A DNA stretch of 64,000 bases, from IMG/VR virus record IMGVR_UViG_3300044647_001247, positions 45,820-109,819 of that record; one strand, given 5' to 3'. This DNA is from a virus. Each line of letters starts with the position of its first letter. Within the stretch, counting starts at the first letter, position 1. The notes beneath the pieces were generated by a model. It was not told the DNA's origin, did no database searches, and worked only from the letters and a program-made list of their open reading frames with translations. The position numbers were made by a program, and so were the translations under genes. This document shows positions 1 through 8,226 of the stretch, in pieces.

Positions 1-264
1 ATATTTGATTTAGGTACAACTAATAAAACATTTGATATTACAATTGATGGTACATCTACTGATTTTGCAAATATTTATAAAATTGCAGTTTTTTATGGAA
101 AACCATGGTCTTCAAATGGTGTAGGTGCAGGTAGTAGTAGTCTTGTTTATGATTATACTTATCCTTCTACTTCAGGTTTAACTGTAACAATTAATTATAA
201 TTACACTTATAATAGCAGTGTTGGTCAATATTTATATGTTGTTGTTTATACAACTTGTACTTAA
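1..264 (+). CDS. 3' end of a probable virion/fibre protein (partial)
   Basis: Frame 1 is open from base 1 to TAA at 262-264. Thr/Ser/Tyr-rich beta-type sequence ending ...VVYTTCT. Not in the ORF track. Confidence 0.7.
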   Translation: MFDLGTTNKTFDITIDGTSTDFANIYKIAVFYGKPWSSNGVGAGSSSLVYDYTYPSTSGLTVTINYNYTYNSSVGQYLYVVVYTTCT

Positions 265-278
265 TTAAAATACTATTT

Positions 279-572
279 ATGGCAATACAGGTAAAAGTTA
301 CACCAGGTGCGTCAAGTTATGAATATGATTTTGATGATTCTGGTTATAGCACTGGTTCTCAAGCATGTACTAATTATGCAGCATTAACAAGTGTATATGC
401 TGCTGAGGCAACAGGTGACCTTGTCACTCAATTTTATACAAATTCTGGATTAACTACCACATTTTCTGGTACATCTTCAACTTTCTATGCTTGGACAAGA
501 GTAGGAGCAGGTACTACTTATCGTGGACAAGTGAATTCATCAGGAGTTACAAGTTTAATTAGCAATTGTTAA
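279..572 (+). CDS. small Thr/Ser-rich virion-associated protein
   Basis: ATG at 279 preferred over the TTG at 255. Beta-rich, ends ...GVTSLISNC. Confidence 0.6.
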   Translation: MAIQVKVTPGASSYEYDFDDSGYSTGSQACTNYAALTSVYAAEATGDLVTQFYTNSGLTTTFSGTSSTFYAWTRVGAGTTYRGQVNSSGVTSLISNC

Positions 573-631
573 ATTCGTATTATTTTTAACATATGTTAAT
601 AACTTTTACAACATTACATTACATCTATTAA

Positions 632-639
632 TATCTTTG
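632..639 (+). promoter_or_regulatory. Bacteroidota sigma-A -7 element (TATCTTTG)
   Basis: Matches TAnnTTTG, 18 nt upstream of ATG 658. Confidence 0.5.
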
Positions 640-657
640 AGTTACAAAACCACATTT

Positions 658-1152
658 ATGAAAAAAATTACATTAAAACTAGTTGAGTTCTACAATCTTG
701 ACGCAGAGCTGAATGGTATAGTTGATCAAACAACAGGTGCTAAAAAGTCTTTTGGTCTTCTAGGAGAGAAGCTTTCTCTTGTTACTAAGTATTGGCTTAC
801 TGATCTTGCTAAAAAAGTAGCTGCTGAAAAAGTTGCAATAGAAGAACTTAGAAACGAACTTATTAAAAAATATGGTAAAGAAGAAAATGGGAATATTACA
901 ATCCCCATGTTAATAGATGATGATTCTAATGATGAAGAAACAGCAAGTAAAAAATTAAATCCTGATTTTCAACAGTTTGAAAAAGAATTTAATGAGCTTT
1001 TACAAACAGAAAAAGAAGTTGAATATAAACCAATTAAGCTTTCTGAATTAGAAAAGGTTGAAACATCAGAAAACTATGCTACATTTTTCAAACTCTTAAA
1101 TGAAGGAATCTCAGAAAATCCTGATAATGTTGTACCAATGACGCCTAGATAA
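658..1152 (+). CDS. conserved helical phage protein (DUF1617-like)
   Basis: ATG at 658 (MKKITLKL). Pattern LVTKYWL...RNELIKKYG...EFNELL recalled from phage tail-region proteins. Confidence 0.55.
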   Translation: MKKITLKLVEFYNLDAELNGIVDQTTGAKKSFGLLGEKLSLVTKYWLTDLAKKVAAEKVAIEELRNELIKKYGKEENGNITIPMLIDDDSNDEETASKKLNPDFQQFEKEFNELLQTEKEVEYKPIKLSELEKVETSENYATFFKLLNEGISENPDNVVPMTPR

Positions 1153-1175
1153 TGTGTGGGTTTTAGTATTTATTA

Positions 1176-1206
1176 AAGCACTCTCTTAAAATGAGGGTGC
1201 TTTTTT
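1176..1206 (+). terminator. intrinsic terminator
   Basis: AAAGCACTCTC-TTAAAAT-GAGGGTGCTTT followed by a T run, just after stop 1152. Confidence 0.8.
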
Positions 1207-1226
1207 ATTTTGGTACTATCTGTAAA

Positions 1227-1247
1227 ATTTTGTATATTATAGTGTAG
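1227..1247 (+). promoter_or_regulatory. putative late promoter motif, copy 1
   Basis: ATTTTGTATATTATAGTGTAG, 20/21 identical to 60722-60742. Lies after a terminator and about 26 nt before ATG 1274. Confidence 0.65.
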
Positions 1248-1273
1248 AGTGATTCTAATTTAAACTATAATAT

Positions 1274-1576
1274 ATGATTTTATTTTCATTTATTTCAGAC
1301 AGGTATAAATATACATTTCCTCAAGCTATTGCTGAGGTTGTTTCTGTTACAAAATCAAAATATGTAATGGCAGTGCCTCCTGGCTCTCAGCAACCTATTG
1401 AAGGTCAAGTGAATTTATATGCAAATTTTAATATATATGCTAGCCTTAATTCAAAAAATCAAGGTGGACAACCTATAGAATCTATTTCTAAAAACTATTT
1501 GTGTGATGAATTTGATGAAGCATTTACTAAAGCAGAAGAACTGTTTTTAGATGAAGTGGGTGGTACATCTGTTTAA
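1274..1576 (+). CDS. hypothetical protein (possible fibre-associated/chaperone)
   Basis: 100-aa ORF heading the fibre operon. Confidence 0.6.
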   Translation: MILFSFISDRYKYTFPQAIAEVVSVTKSKYVMAVPPGSQQPIEGQVNLYANFNIYASLNSKNQGGQPIESISKNYLCDEFDEAFTKAEELFLDEVGGTSV

Positions 1577-1596
1577 TTTAATATATCTGATATAAT

Positions 1597-2823
1597 ATGT
1601 TACCTAAATCTAATGCTGCTAGTCAGGGTTGTATTCCTGTTTCTTCAAATTGTGTCGTATGGCAGGGACCTGATCTTTCCTGTCTTAACCTCTGCAACGG
1701 TGACACTGTTTCTGATGTAGTTTACAAGGTAGCTACAGACTTATGCACTATTAAGTCCACTCTGGATTTGACAAGCTTAGACCTCACTTGTTTGGTCTCT
1801 TTTTGCTCTTCTGTAAATCCGGCACCCACTACAAAAACCCTGTCAGCAGTATTAGATTTTATTATAGATAAGGTTTGCTGTTTACAAGCTACTATTCCTG
1901 GAAGTCCAGGATCTACTTATACAGAACCCACTCTCACTCTTCCTACATGTTTACAATATGTAGATGGTGGTACAGGACTTACAGTAACACAACTTGTTCA
2001 TAATCAATACACTCTGCGAATAGCTAATCAGTATTGCTCTTTAAAAGCCACTGTTGATTCTCAAACAACTACACTTACTAGTCACAACGCACGAATTACA
2101 GCATTAGAAAATGCTCCTGCAATAACTCTTCCTACTGTTACACCTAATTGCATTCTTCCTAGTGTTCCTACACAAATGAACGTTGTATTAGATAAGTTAG
2201 AAGAAGAATATTGTCTTCTTAGAACAGCTTTAGGATCTAACACTCAAATTACAGCAGCTGCTTCTCAGCAGTGTACCGCATTAAGTGCTGCATCAGCACT
2301 TAGCCAAGCTGGTGCAATGTCATCTATAACTGGTTGGAATTCAACTGTTGCTAACATGTCACAAGCTATGCAGAATCTTTGGATCACTGTATGTGATATG
2401 AGAGCTGTTATAGCTGATCTTAAAAACTGCTGTGGTCAAACAGATTGTTCTGGATTTATTCTTGAATACAGTGCTACAGCTAATGGTGCCCGTCAGGAAG
2501 TATATCTTGACTTTAACCCAACCACTATTATTCCTTCAGGCTTTATTCAGGCTGTTCAAAACACTACAGTTGTTATTTCTGATGGAACTAATAGTAAGTC
2601 TTTTGTAATTAACATTGTAACAGAAGCTGCTAATGTCAGTCCTTATACATTTATTGTAGCTGGTGGAAGTGTAGTGGGAACTCCTCTTAATAGCTCAATG
2701 CCATACACTGTTGTTGTTAATGCATTCATATCTAAGAGTAATAATGTATGTAATAAATCTGTAACTAAAAATATCACTGTACCTTGTCCAATTGTGACTA
2801 GTGTAAGTGCAACCTTAATATAA
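1597..2823 (+). CDS. Cys-rich virion fibre/base protein
   Basis: Many Cys (CVVWQGPDLSCLNLC, two CC pairs), a short coiled coil (HNARITALEN), a C-terminal beta domain, and the ending CPIVTSVSATLI. Confidence 0.65.
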   Translation: MLPKSNAASQGCIPVSSNCVVWQGPDLSCLNLCNGDTVSDVVYKVATDLCTIKSTLDLTSLDLTCLVSFCSSVNPAPTTKTLSAVLDFIIDKVCCLQATIPGSPGSTYTEPTLTLPTCLQYVDGGTGLTVTQLVHNQYTLRIANQYCSLKATVDSQTTTLTSHNARITALENAPAITLPTVTPNCILPSVPTQMNVVLDKLEEEYCLLRTALGSNTQITAAASQQCTALSAASALSQAGAMSSITGWNSTVANMSQAMQNLWITVCDMRAVIADLKNCCGQTDCSGFILEYSATANGARQEVYLDFNPTTIIPSGFIQAVQNTTVVISDGTNSKSFVINIVTEAANVSPYTFIVAGGSVVGTPLNSSMPYTVVVNAFISKSNNVCNKSVTKNITVPCPIVTSVSATLI

Positions 2824-2824
2824 T

Positions 2825-3370
2825 ATGAATATTACATTAACATGGACTCCAGGTGCTGGTGCATCAAATCAAGATGTTCAGTATAAGTTATCTACTGAGC
2901 CAACTATTTGGACTACACATTCTAGTGTAGCTGCTGGTGTTGCTACAGCAACTATAAATGGTTTGTTAGATAATAGAATATATGATTTTAGAGTGGTTAC
3001 AAACTGTGCAGGAGGGATATCAACATCTGCTGCTACACAACAAATTAACATTATATGTCCAACTGTCACTACCAATCCATCAAGTACTACCATTGGTTTT
3101 AGCTTTCCTGAAATTGGTGGTTCTATAACAGGTTACACTGCTAAGATATTTGACACTACAGGAACTACATTAATATCTTCTCAAACACCAGCTGGTACCA
3201 CTACAAGAACAGGATCATTCACTAGTTTAACCGCTAGTACAAATTATAAGATACGTATAGAAATAGCTGCAGGGTCTTTTTCTAAAACAAACTGTTCTTT
3301 TATAAGTGTTACGACCACTGCAAGTCCCACTTGTAATCCACCCACTGGTGTTACAGCTACCCTAGTATAA
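2825..3370 (+). CDS. tandem fibronectin type III fibre protein
   Basis: FN3 signatures ITLTWTP...YKL...INGLLDNRIYDFRV and FTSLTASTNYKIRI. Ends CNPPTGVTATLV. Confidence 0.8.
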   Translation: MNITLTWTPGAGASNQDVQYKLSTEPTIWTTHSSVAAGVATATINGLLDNRIYDFRVVTNCAGGISTSAATQQINIICPTVTTNPSSTTIGFSFPEIGGSITGYTAKIFDTTGTTLISSQTPAGTTTRTGSFTSLTASTNYKIRIEIAAGSFSKTNCSFISVTTTASPTCNPPTGVTATLV

Positions 3371-3396
3371 TTAAAAAACATTAAATAATACACACT

Positions 3397-4050
3397 ATGT
3401 CTTGCGGATGCACACATACACCTTGTGAACCTTGTTGCTCTAGTTACGGATCATCTGTAAGCTATGTTCTTCCAGATTGTCCTGGTGGAGAACCTTGTGA
3501 TGAAATAAGTGAAGCACCTTGTGTTTTATATAAGGGACCTAATCTTCCTGCTCTTGGTATAAGTAATAATGATAGACTCATCACTATATTAACAAAACTT
3601 CATAAAGTGCTGAATGGTGTCATAACACCAACTATTCCATTAACTACTTATACAGCAACAAACACTACAACGCTACCTTCTATTCCTACATTTAATATTA
3701 GTTATTTAGGACTTGGTCCTGTTTATACATCAACAGCAGGAGCAACAAGTTCTTCAACCACAATAACAGTGGGTTCTACAACTAACCTTGTAATAGGTAT
3801 GGTGGTAGAAGTTACTGCTGGTGTAGGTGCGTTTGCTACAAACACACTTGTTGTAACTATTCCTAGTGCAACTACATTTACAGTTTCTCAAGTTCCTAGT
3901 ACCCCTCTTTCTGGAGGAGCTACTGTTGTTACAGGAACGGGTTCTACACACACTATATTTAGTTTAAAAGTGGTAAAAAATATTCCTCAATCTTTTAAAG
4001 CGTTTACAGGTTCTGTAGTAACAGACTCTGGAACAGGAACAGTTGTATAA
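3397..4050 (+). CDS. Cys-rich virion protein with beta-rich C-terminal module
   Basis: MSCGC...CEPCC N-terminus. CVLYKGPNLPALGI resembles CVVWQGPDLSCLNL of 1597..2823. Confidence 0.6.
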   Translation: MSCGCTHTPCEPCCSSYGSSVSYVLPDCPGGEPCDEISEAPCVLYKGPNLPALGISNNDRLITILTKLHKVLNGVITPTIPLTTYTATNTTTLPSIPTFNISYLGLGPVYTSTAGATSSSTTITVGSTTNLVIGMVVEVTAGVGAFATNTLVVTIPSATTFTVSQVPSTPLSGGATVVTGTGSTHTIFSLKVVKNIPQSFKAFTGSVVTDSGTGTVV

Positions 4051-4061
4051 AATTATAATAT

Positions 4062-4490
4062 ATGGCTTCTTTGTGCAATACATATAAAACCTTACAAGTT
4101 GCTTTTACAGCACCGGCAGTATCTCCTGCTAATGGATATTTAGTTAAATGGAGAATAGTTGGTGATACAAACTGGAATACAGTTACTCAAAATCAAAATC
4201 CCATCACTATAGCAGGTGTTCCTTCTTGTTATAATATTGAAGGTAGTATACAAGCTGATTGCGGTGGAGGAAACTTTGGTTCTCCTATAGTGTTTGCAAT
4301 ATCTTCAAGTTCTAATATTTGCAGACAAGTCACTCTATTACAGACAGCAGTTTATTATTATGTTGCTTGTAATAGTTCTGAACAAGTGCAAATTATAAAT
4401 AATGCTGCCACTCCACAAACAATCTGTATAAAAGATGGTACATTAAGTGGTGGAACATTCACTGATTTAAATACAAGTTGTAATATATAA
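4062..4490 (+). CDS. FN3-like fibre protein
   Basis: LQVAFTAP..PANGYLVKWR...PITIAG...EGSIQADCGGG. Paralogous to the N-terminus of 4498..5421. Confidence 0.7.
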   Translation: MASLCNTYKTLQVAFTAPAVSPANGYLVKWRIVGDTNWNTVTQNQNPITIAGVPSCYNIEGSIQADCGGGNFGSPIVFAISSSSNICRQVTLLQTAVYYYVACNSSEQVQIINNAATPQTICIKDGTLSGGTFTDLNTSCNI

Positions 4491-4497
4491 TTAAGTT

Positions 4498-5421
4498 ATG
4501 GCCACATTAAGTGTATCGTTTACTCCTCCTGGAACACCCCCTGCAAATGGTTATAGGGTGCAATACTGGCTTGCATCAGATCCTTCTACTATATTTACAG
4601 TGTCACCCAATCCTACATCATCTCCTGTTACTATTACAGGTCTTACTGGAACTTTTTATCAAGGTACTATAGAAGCTGATTGTGGTGGGGGGTTATATTC
4701 TTCTTTAAATACTTTTTCAGCCAATACAATAACAGGAGATCCTTGTTTATCAGGAAATACACTTGCTAATGCAAACTGTTCTCTTACTGAAACTAAAACA
4801 TTTACACTATCTACAGGTTTTTCAACAACTGTAAATTTATATGGTTTTTATTATTCAGGAACAGGAATAAGAACTATATCAGGAAGACTGTTAAATAACA
4901 GTAATGCTTTAATCCAAGAGTTTACTTATACGCAAACAGGGGCTAGTGTAGGAACGACTAGTCCTAGTTTTTATACACTTACTAATATATCAGGATCTGC
5001 TGTAAGTTATAAACTTCAAATTGACACTGTAATTTGCACCAACGGTACAGGTGTTGGAGCCATGACTGCTAGTGGTTGCACATCTACAAGTCCTTCTGTA
5101 GTAGTTAATAACGCTACATTCTCTGGTTTAACTATATCAGCAGTAACTGTTAATAGTGTTGCTGTAACATATGAAACAGGTGTTAACTTACCTATTGCAT
5201 ATTCAGGTTTAGGTTATTTTAGAACTACACAAGTGGGAACATTTAATATAGCTGTTTCATATAGCAATCCTGCTGTTTCTAGTCCAAGAGCTATACGTGT
5301 AACAGGTAGTAATGGTGTTTCTCAAACACAAACTTCTCAAGCAACAAGTGCAACACTTACATTTAGTAACGTAGTGGTAAACACTTCACAATCTGTACAG
5401 ATAGCTATTGTGCAGAGTTAA
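4498..5421 (+). CDS. FN3-like fibre/tip protein with additional Ig-like domains
   Basis: LSVSFTPP..PANGYRVQY...PVTITGL...GTIEADCGGG, then Thr/Ser-rich beta domains. Confidence 0.7.
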   Translation: MATLSVSFTPPGTPPANGYRVQYWLASDPSTIFTVSPNPTSSPVTITGLTGTFYQGTIEADCGGGLYSSLNTFSANTITGDPCLSGNTLANANCSLTETKTFTLSTGFSTTVNLYGFYYSGTGIRTISGRLLNNSNALIQEFTYTQTGASVGTTSPSFYTLTNISGSAVSYKLQIDTVICTNGTGVGAMTASGCTSTSPSVVVNNATFSGLTISAVTVNSVAVTYETGVNLPIAYSGLGYFRTTQVGTFNIAVSYSNPAVSSPRAIRVTGSNGVSQTQTSQATSATLTFSNVVVNTSQSVQIAIVQS

Positions 5422-5460
5422 AATATAAAGTCAGTGGTTTTGTTGGTTTACCCACACGAC

Positions 5461-5496
5461 AGGTCTCGGTGTTTCTACATTGAGACCTTAATTTTA
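5461..5496 (+). terminator. hairpin/terminator after the fibre operon
   Basis: AGGTCTCGGTGT-TTCT-ACATTGAGACCT, a 12-bp stem with two G-U pairs and an imperfect T tail. Confidence 0.6.
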
Positions 5497-5556
5497 TTAA
5501 ACTGTTTATAAAATGTGCATAAAATATGTTAGAGTTATATAATATAATCTAACTTT

Positions 5557-6900
5557 ATGCACCATATACCAAATACTAAAATTATGTCTTTAATTAATCA
5601 GGTGTATGGTTCTCTCAGATGGAAAAAAACTGATGAGTTCTGTGCGACAAAGTTAGGTGTTTCATTACAGAAATACCAAGAAATCAAAAAACAAATCTCA
5701 GAAACAAAACAACTGCTACAAGAAGAATTAGATTCTAGTCTTATAGAGTTTGTAGGTAAAAGAATGCTAGAACTTATTGATGACGAAGGAATTAAGAATG
5801 AGTATGTTTTAGATATGAAATACAATCTACAAGATGCTATACTTTCTGAGAAAGAAAAGGTGATAGAATTTAGAGAAAATTTAGATGACTGCACTGCTGA
5901 AATTAAAGGAATAGCTTTTGTAGAACCAAAAAGTCCTGAAGAAATAATAAGGATTTTAAAAATTGACACTACAAAATGGAAGCTTAGCTCCTATTGGAAT
6001 AAGCAACATAAAGACCATTGGCTTATTTCTGCCATGGTTACTCAAAAGACTTTAGAAGAAAAAGATTTTTTAAAGGAAGTGATTGAAAACTTCCAGCCAA
6101 GTTATACACCAGTTGCAGAGGTGCATTTGAATGACACATTCGTTTTACCTACAGTGGGGGTTTTGAGTATTCAAGACCTTCACTTTGGTAAAGAAGGTAA
6201 TGATGGAGTGGCTGATGACTTTAGAGAAGCTATTAGTAATTTAGTATTAAAGGCTTATAAAAGTCATAAACTTGATAAAATCATTTATGTATTTGGTGGT
6301 GATCTTTTAAACATGGATAGTTTTCATGGATCTACTACAAAGGGTACACCTGTAGATAATGATTTAAGAGCACAAGATGCTTATAAAATAGCATTTGATT
6401 CATTATACTGGAGTGTAAACTTTGTAAAACAATTTTGTAATAATCTCCATGTAGTGTATCTACCTGGTAATCATGATAGACTTAGTAGCTATCATATGGC
6501 TCATGCTCTTTCCAAATGTTTTAATACAGCTTCTAATATCATATTTGATGTTGAATATGCTGAAAGAAAAGTTATTACTTACGGTGATAACTTTTTTGCT
6601 TTTGAGCATGGTGATATTAGCTCAAAAAATACTCCTTTAGTATATGCAACAGAATTTCCAAAACAGTGGGGTGCAACAAATTATAGAACTTGTTACACCG
6701 GTCACTGGCACCATAAGAAAACAACTCAGTATATATCTGAAAATGAAATACACGGATTTGCCATTAAACATCTTCCTTCTCTCTCTAAACCTGACTACTG
6801 GCATTACCATAACAAATATACAGGTGCTAAACGCCAAGCTATTATTGAAATCCATGATCAGAGGAAAGGTAAAATATCTGAGTTTGTATATACAGCGTAA
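5557..6900 (+). CDS. calcineurin-like metallophosphoesterase with N-terminal HTH/coiled region
   Basis: Motifs DLHFG, GGDLLN, PGNHD, FEHGD, TGHWHH. Start may be 5584. Confidence 0.85.
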   Translation: MHHIPNTKIMSLINQVYGSLRWKKTDEFCATKLGVSLQKYQEIKKQISETKQLLQEELDSSLIEFVGKRMLELIDDEGIKNEYVLDMKYNLQDAILSEKEKVIEFRENLDDCTAEIKGIAFVEPKSPEEIIRILKIDTTKWKLSSYWNKQHKDHWLISAMVTQKTLEEKDFLKEVIENFQPSYTPVAEVHLNDTFVLPTVGVLSIQDLHFGKEGNDGVADDFREAISNLVLKAYKSHKLDKIIYVFGGDLLNMDSFHGSTTKGTPVDNDLRAQDAYKIAFDSLYWSVNFVKQFCNNLHVVYLPGNHDRLSSYHMAHALSKCFNTASNIIFDVEYAERKVITYGDNFFAFEHGDISSKNTPLVYATEFPKQWGATNYRTCYTGHWHHKKTTQYISENEIHGFAIKHLPSLSKPDYWHYHNKYTGAKRQAIIEIHDQRKGKISEFVYTA

Positions 6901-6955
6901 ACCTGTAAGGTTTAGTTTTAAACTATAGAGATTTTTACGTAAATTATTAATGTAG
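6898..6955 (+). promoter_or_regulatory. palindrome plus promoter-like element, copy 1
   Basis: TAAACCT-GTA-AGGTTTA, then TTTTAAAC...TTTTTACGTAAATTATTAATGTAG. Aligns without gaps to 20135-20183. Confidence 0.55.
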
Positions 6956-6961
6956 ACAACT

Positions 6962-7570
6962 GTGAGTAAACCATATAAAAAACCAGATCTTAACGCTCCT
7001 AGGTATAGACCAAAGAAGTTAAATTTTACCAATGCTACTTTTTATGAGCAATTTGTAAAAGATAATCCTAAGTATTCAAGTCTCATCACTCTAGAAATGT
7101 TTAAGAATATAATTACCACGTTCAATGGTAAAATCTGGAAAACTGTGGTAGAAGACAGAGATGGTGTAGAACTTCCTGAGCAGCTTGGTTTTATTTTTAT
7201 AGGTACATGTCCTCGTAAAAAAAGTAATATAGATTTTAATAAATCAGAGAAATATGGAGTAACACTCCAGAATCAAAACTGGGAGTCTGATCAGTATATA
7301 GCTAAGATATTCTATACAAATTTTGAAACTAAGTATAGGTTTAAACATCATGAGATGTGGGGATTTTCTGGTGTTAGAGATTTCAAAAGAACAATAGGTC
7401 AAACCTATCCCAAAGAGTGGAAGAAGTATTTAATGGTTGATAACTTAGTGAGAATAAGTAGAATATTTAGAAAGCAAAGATTCAAACAACATAAACAAGA
7501 ATTAACTAAAGACCTTCTTGAAACATATGATGAATTTAATTTAGAAAATCCATGGGCAGAACTACAATAG
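6962..7570 (+). CDS. IHF/HU-like protein of the crAss tail module
   Basis: Basic protein with DGVELPEQLGFIFI (HU/IHF beta-arm-like). Sits before the tail ring genes as in crAss-like phages. GTG start. Confidence 0.6.
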   Translation: MSKPYKKPDLNAPRYRPKKLNFTNATFYEQFVKDNPKYSSLITLEMFKNIITTFNGKIWKTVVEDRDGVELPEQLGFIFIGTCPRKKSNIDFNKSEKYGVTLQNQNWESDQYIAKIFYTNFETKYRFKHHEMWGFSGVRDFKRTIGQTYPKEWKKYLMVDNLVRISRIFRKQRFKQHKQELTKDLLETYDEFNLENPWAELQ

Positions 7571-8226
7571 GAAACGTTATTTCAAGAATACGTACACAGG
7601 TTAAGGCTGTTAGGCAAGATGCTTTCTTGACTGATCGGGCCATTTATGCTTTTATATTAAAGCATAGTAAGTGGCTCATGAAAAGAGAAGATAGTAAAAA
7701 TAAACTTCTTGGTTATTCTGGTATTATACAAACCTTGGATTTTGTTGAATTAGAAGAAATTGATAAAGTGGAAGCTAAGTGTACAGGAGTATCTTCAGAT
7801 TGTGTTATTAAAAGAACTAAATCTGTAATGCCTGTATTTATGCAGGGATATTATGGTCCACTAATTAGAAGTGTAACTTCTTTAGATGCATCTGAAGAAC
7901 TTCAAATTACCAATCCTAGTACGTATTTGGTAATGAGTAGAAGCAAAAACTTCAAATATAATAAAACTAAATACTATTGGTATTTAAATGATTATTTATA
8001 TTTTCCTAATTTAGAATGGGATGCTATTCGTGTAGAAGGAATATTTGAAGATGATATTTCTAATTTTACTTGTGCACAAGATAGTTGTGTTCAGAAAGTT
8101 GATCAACCTTTTAATGTACCTGATTATCTTTCTGGTGAGATAGAAAATAATGTATTTAAAGATCTTGTAGGAATGCTTCAACTACCCTCAGATGTAAGTG
8201 CAGATAAGCAAAATATAAGTAGATGA
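7552..8226 (+). CDS. putative tail ring/adaptor protein
   Basis: Size, position and YYWYLNDYLYF...IRVEGIFED pattern recalled from crAss-like tail ring proteins. Confidence 0.55.
   Translation: MGRTTIGNVISRIRTQVKAVRQDAFLTDRAIYAFILKHSKWLMKREDSKNKLLGYSGIIQTLDFVELEEIDKVEAKCTGVSSDCVIKRTKSVMPVFMQGYYGPLIRSVTSLDASEELQITNPSTYLVMSRSKNFKYNKTKYYWYLNDYLYFPNLEWDAIRVEGIFEDDISNFTCAQDSCVQKVDQPFNVPDYLSGEIENNVFKDLVGMLQLPSDVSADKQNISR

Noticed and set aside
2821-2827. Programmed frameshift or readthrough fusing 1597..2823 to 2825..3370
   Set aside because: TAA-T-ATG with no slippery site. The same orphan strand recurs at 3370, where the next gene is not an FN3 acceptor. Not fully excluded.
5468-5480. TTTCTAC resembling a Cas12a repeat
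   Set aside because: Single copies with no repeat-spacer array and no cas genes. The Cas4-like gene is an ordinary phage exonuclease.
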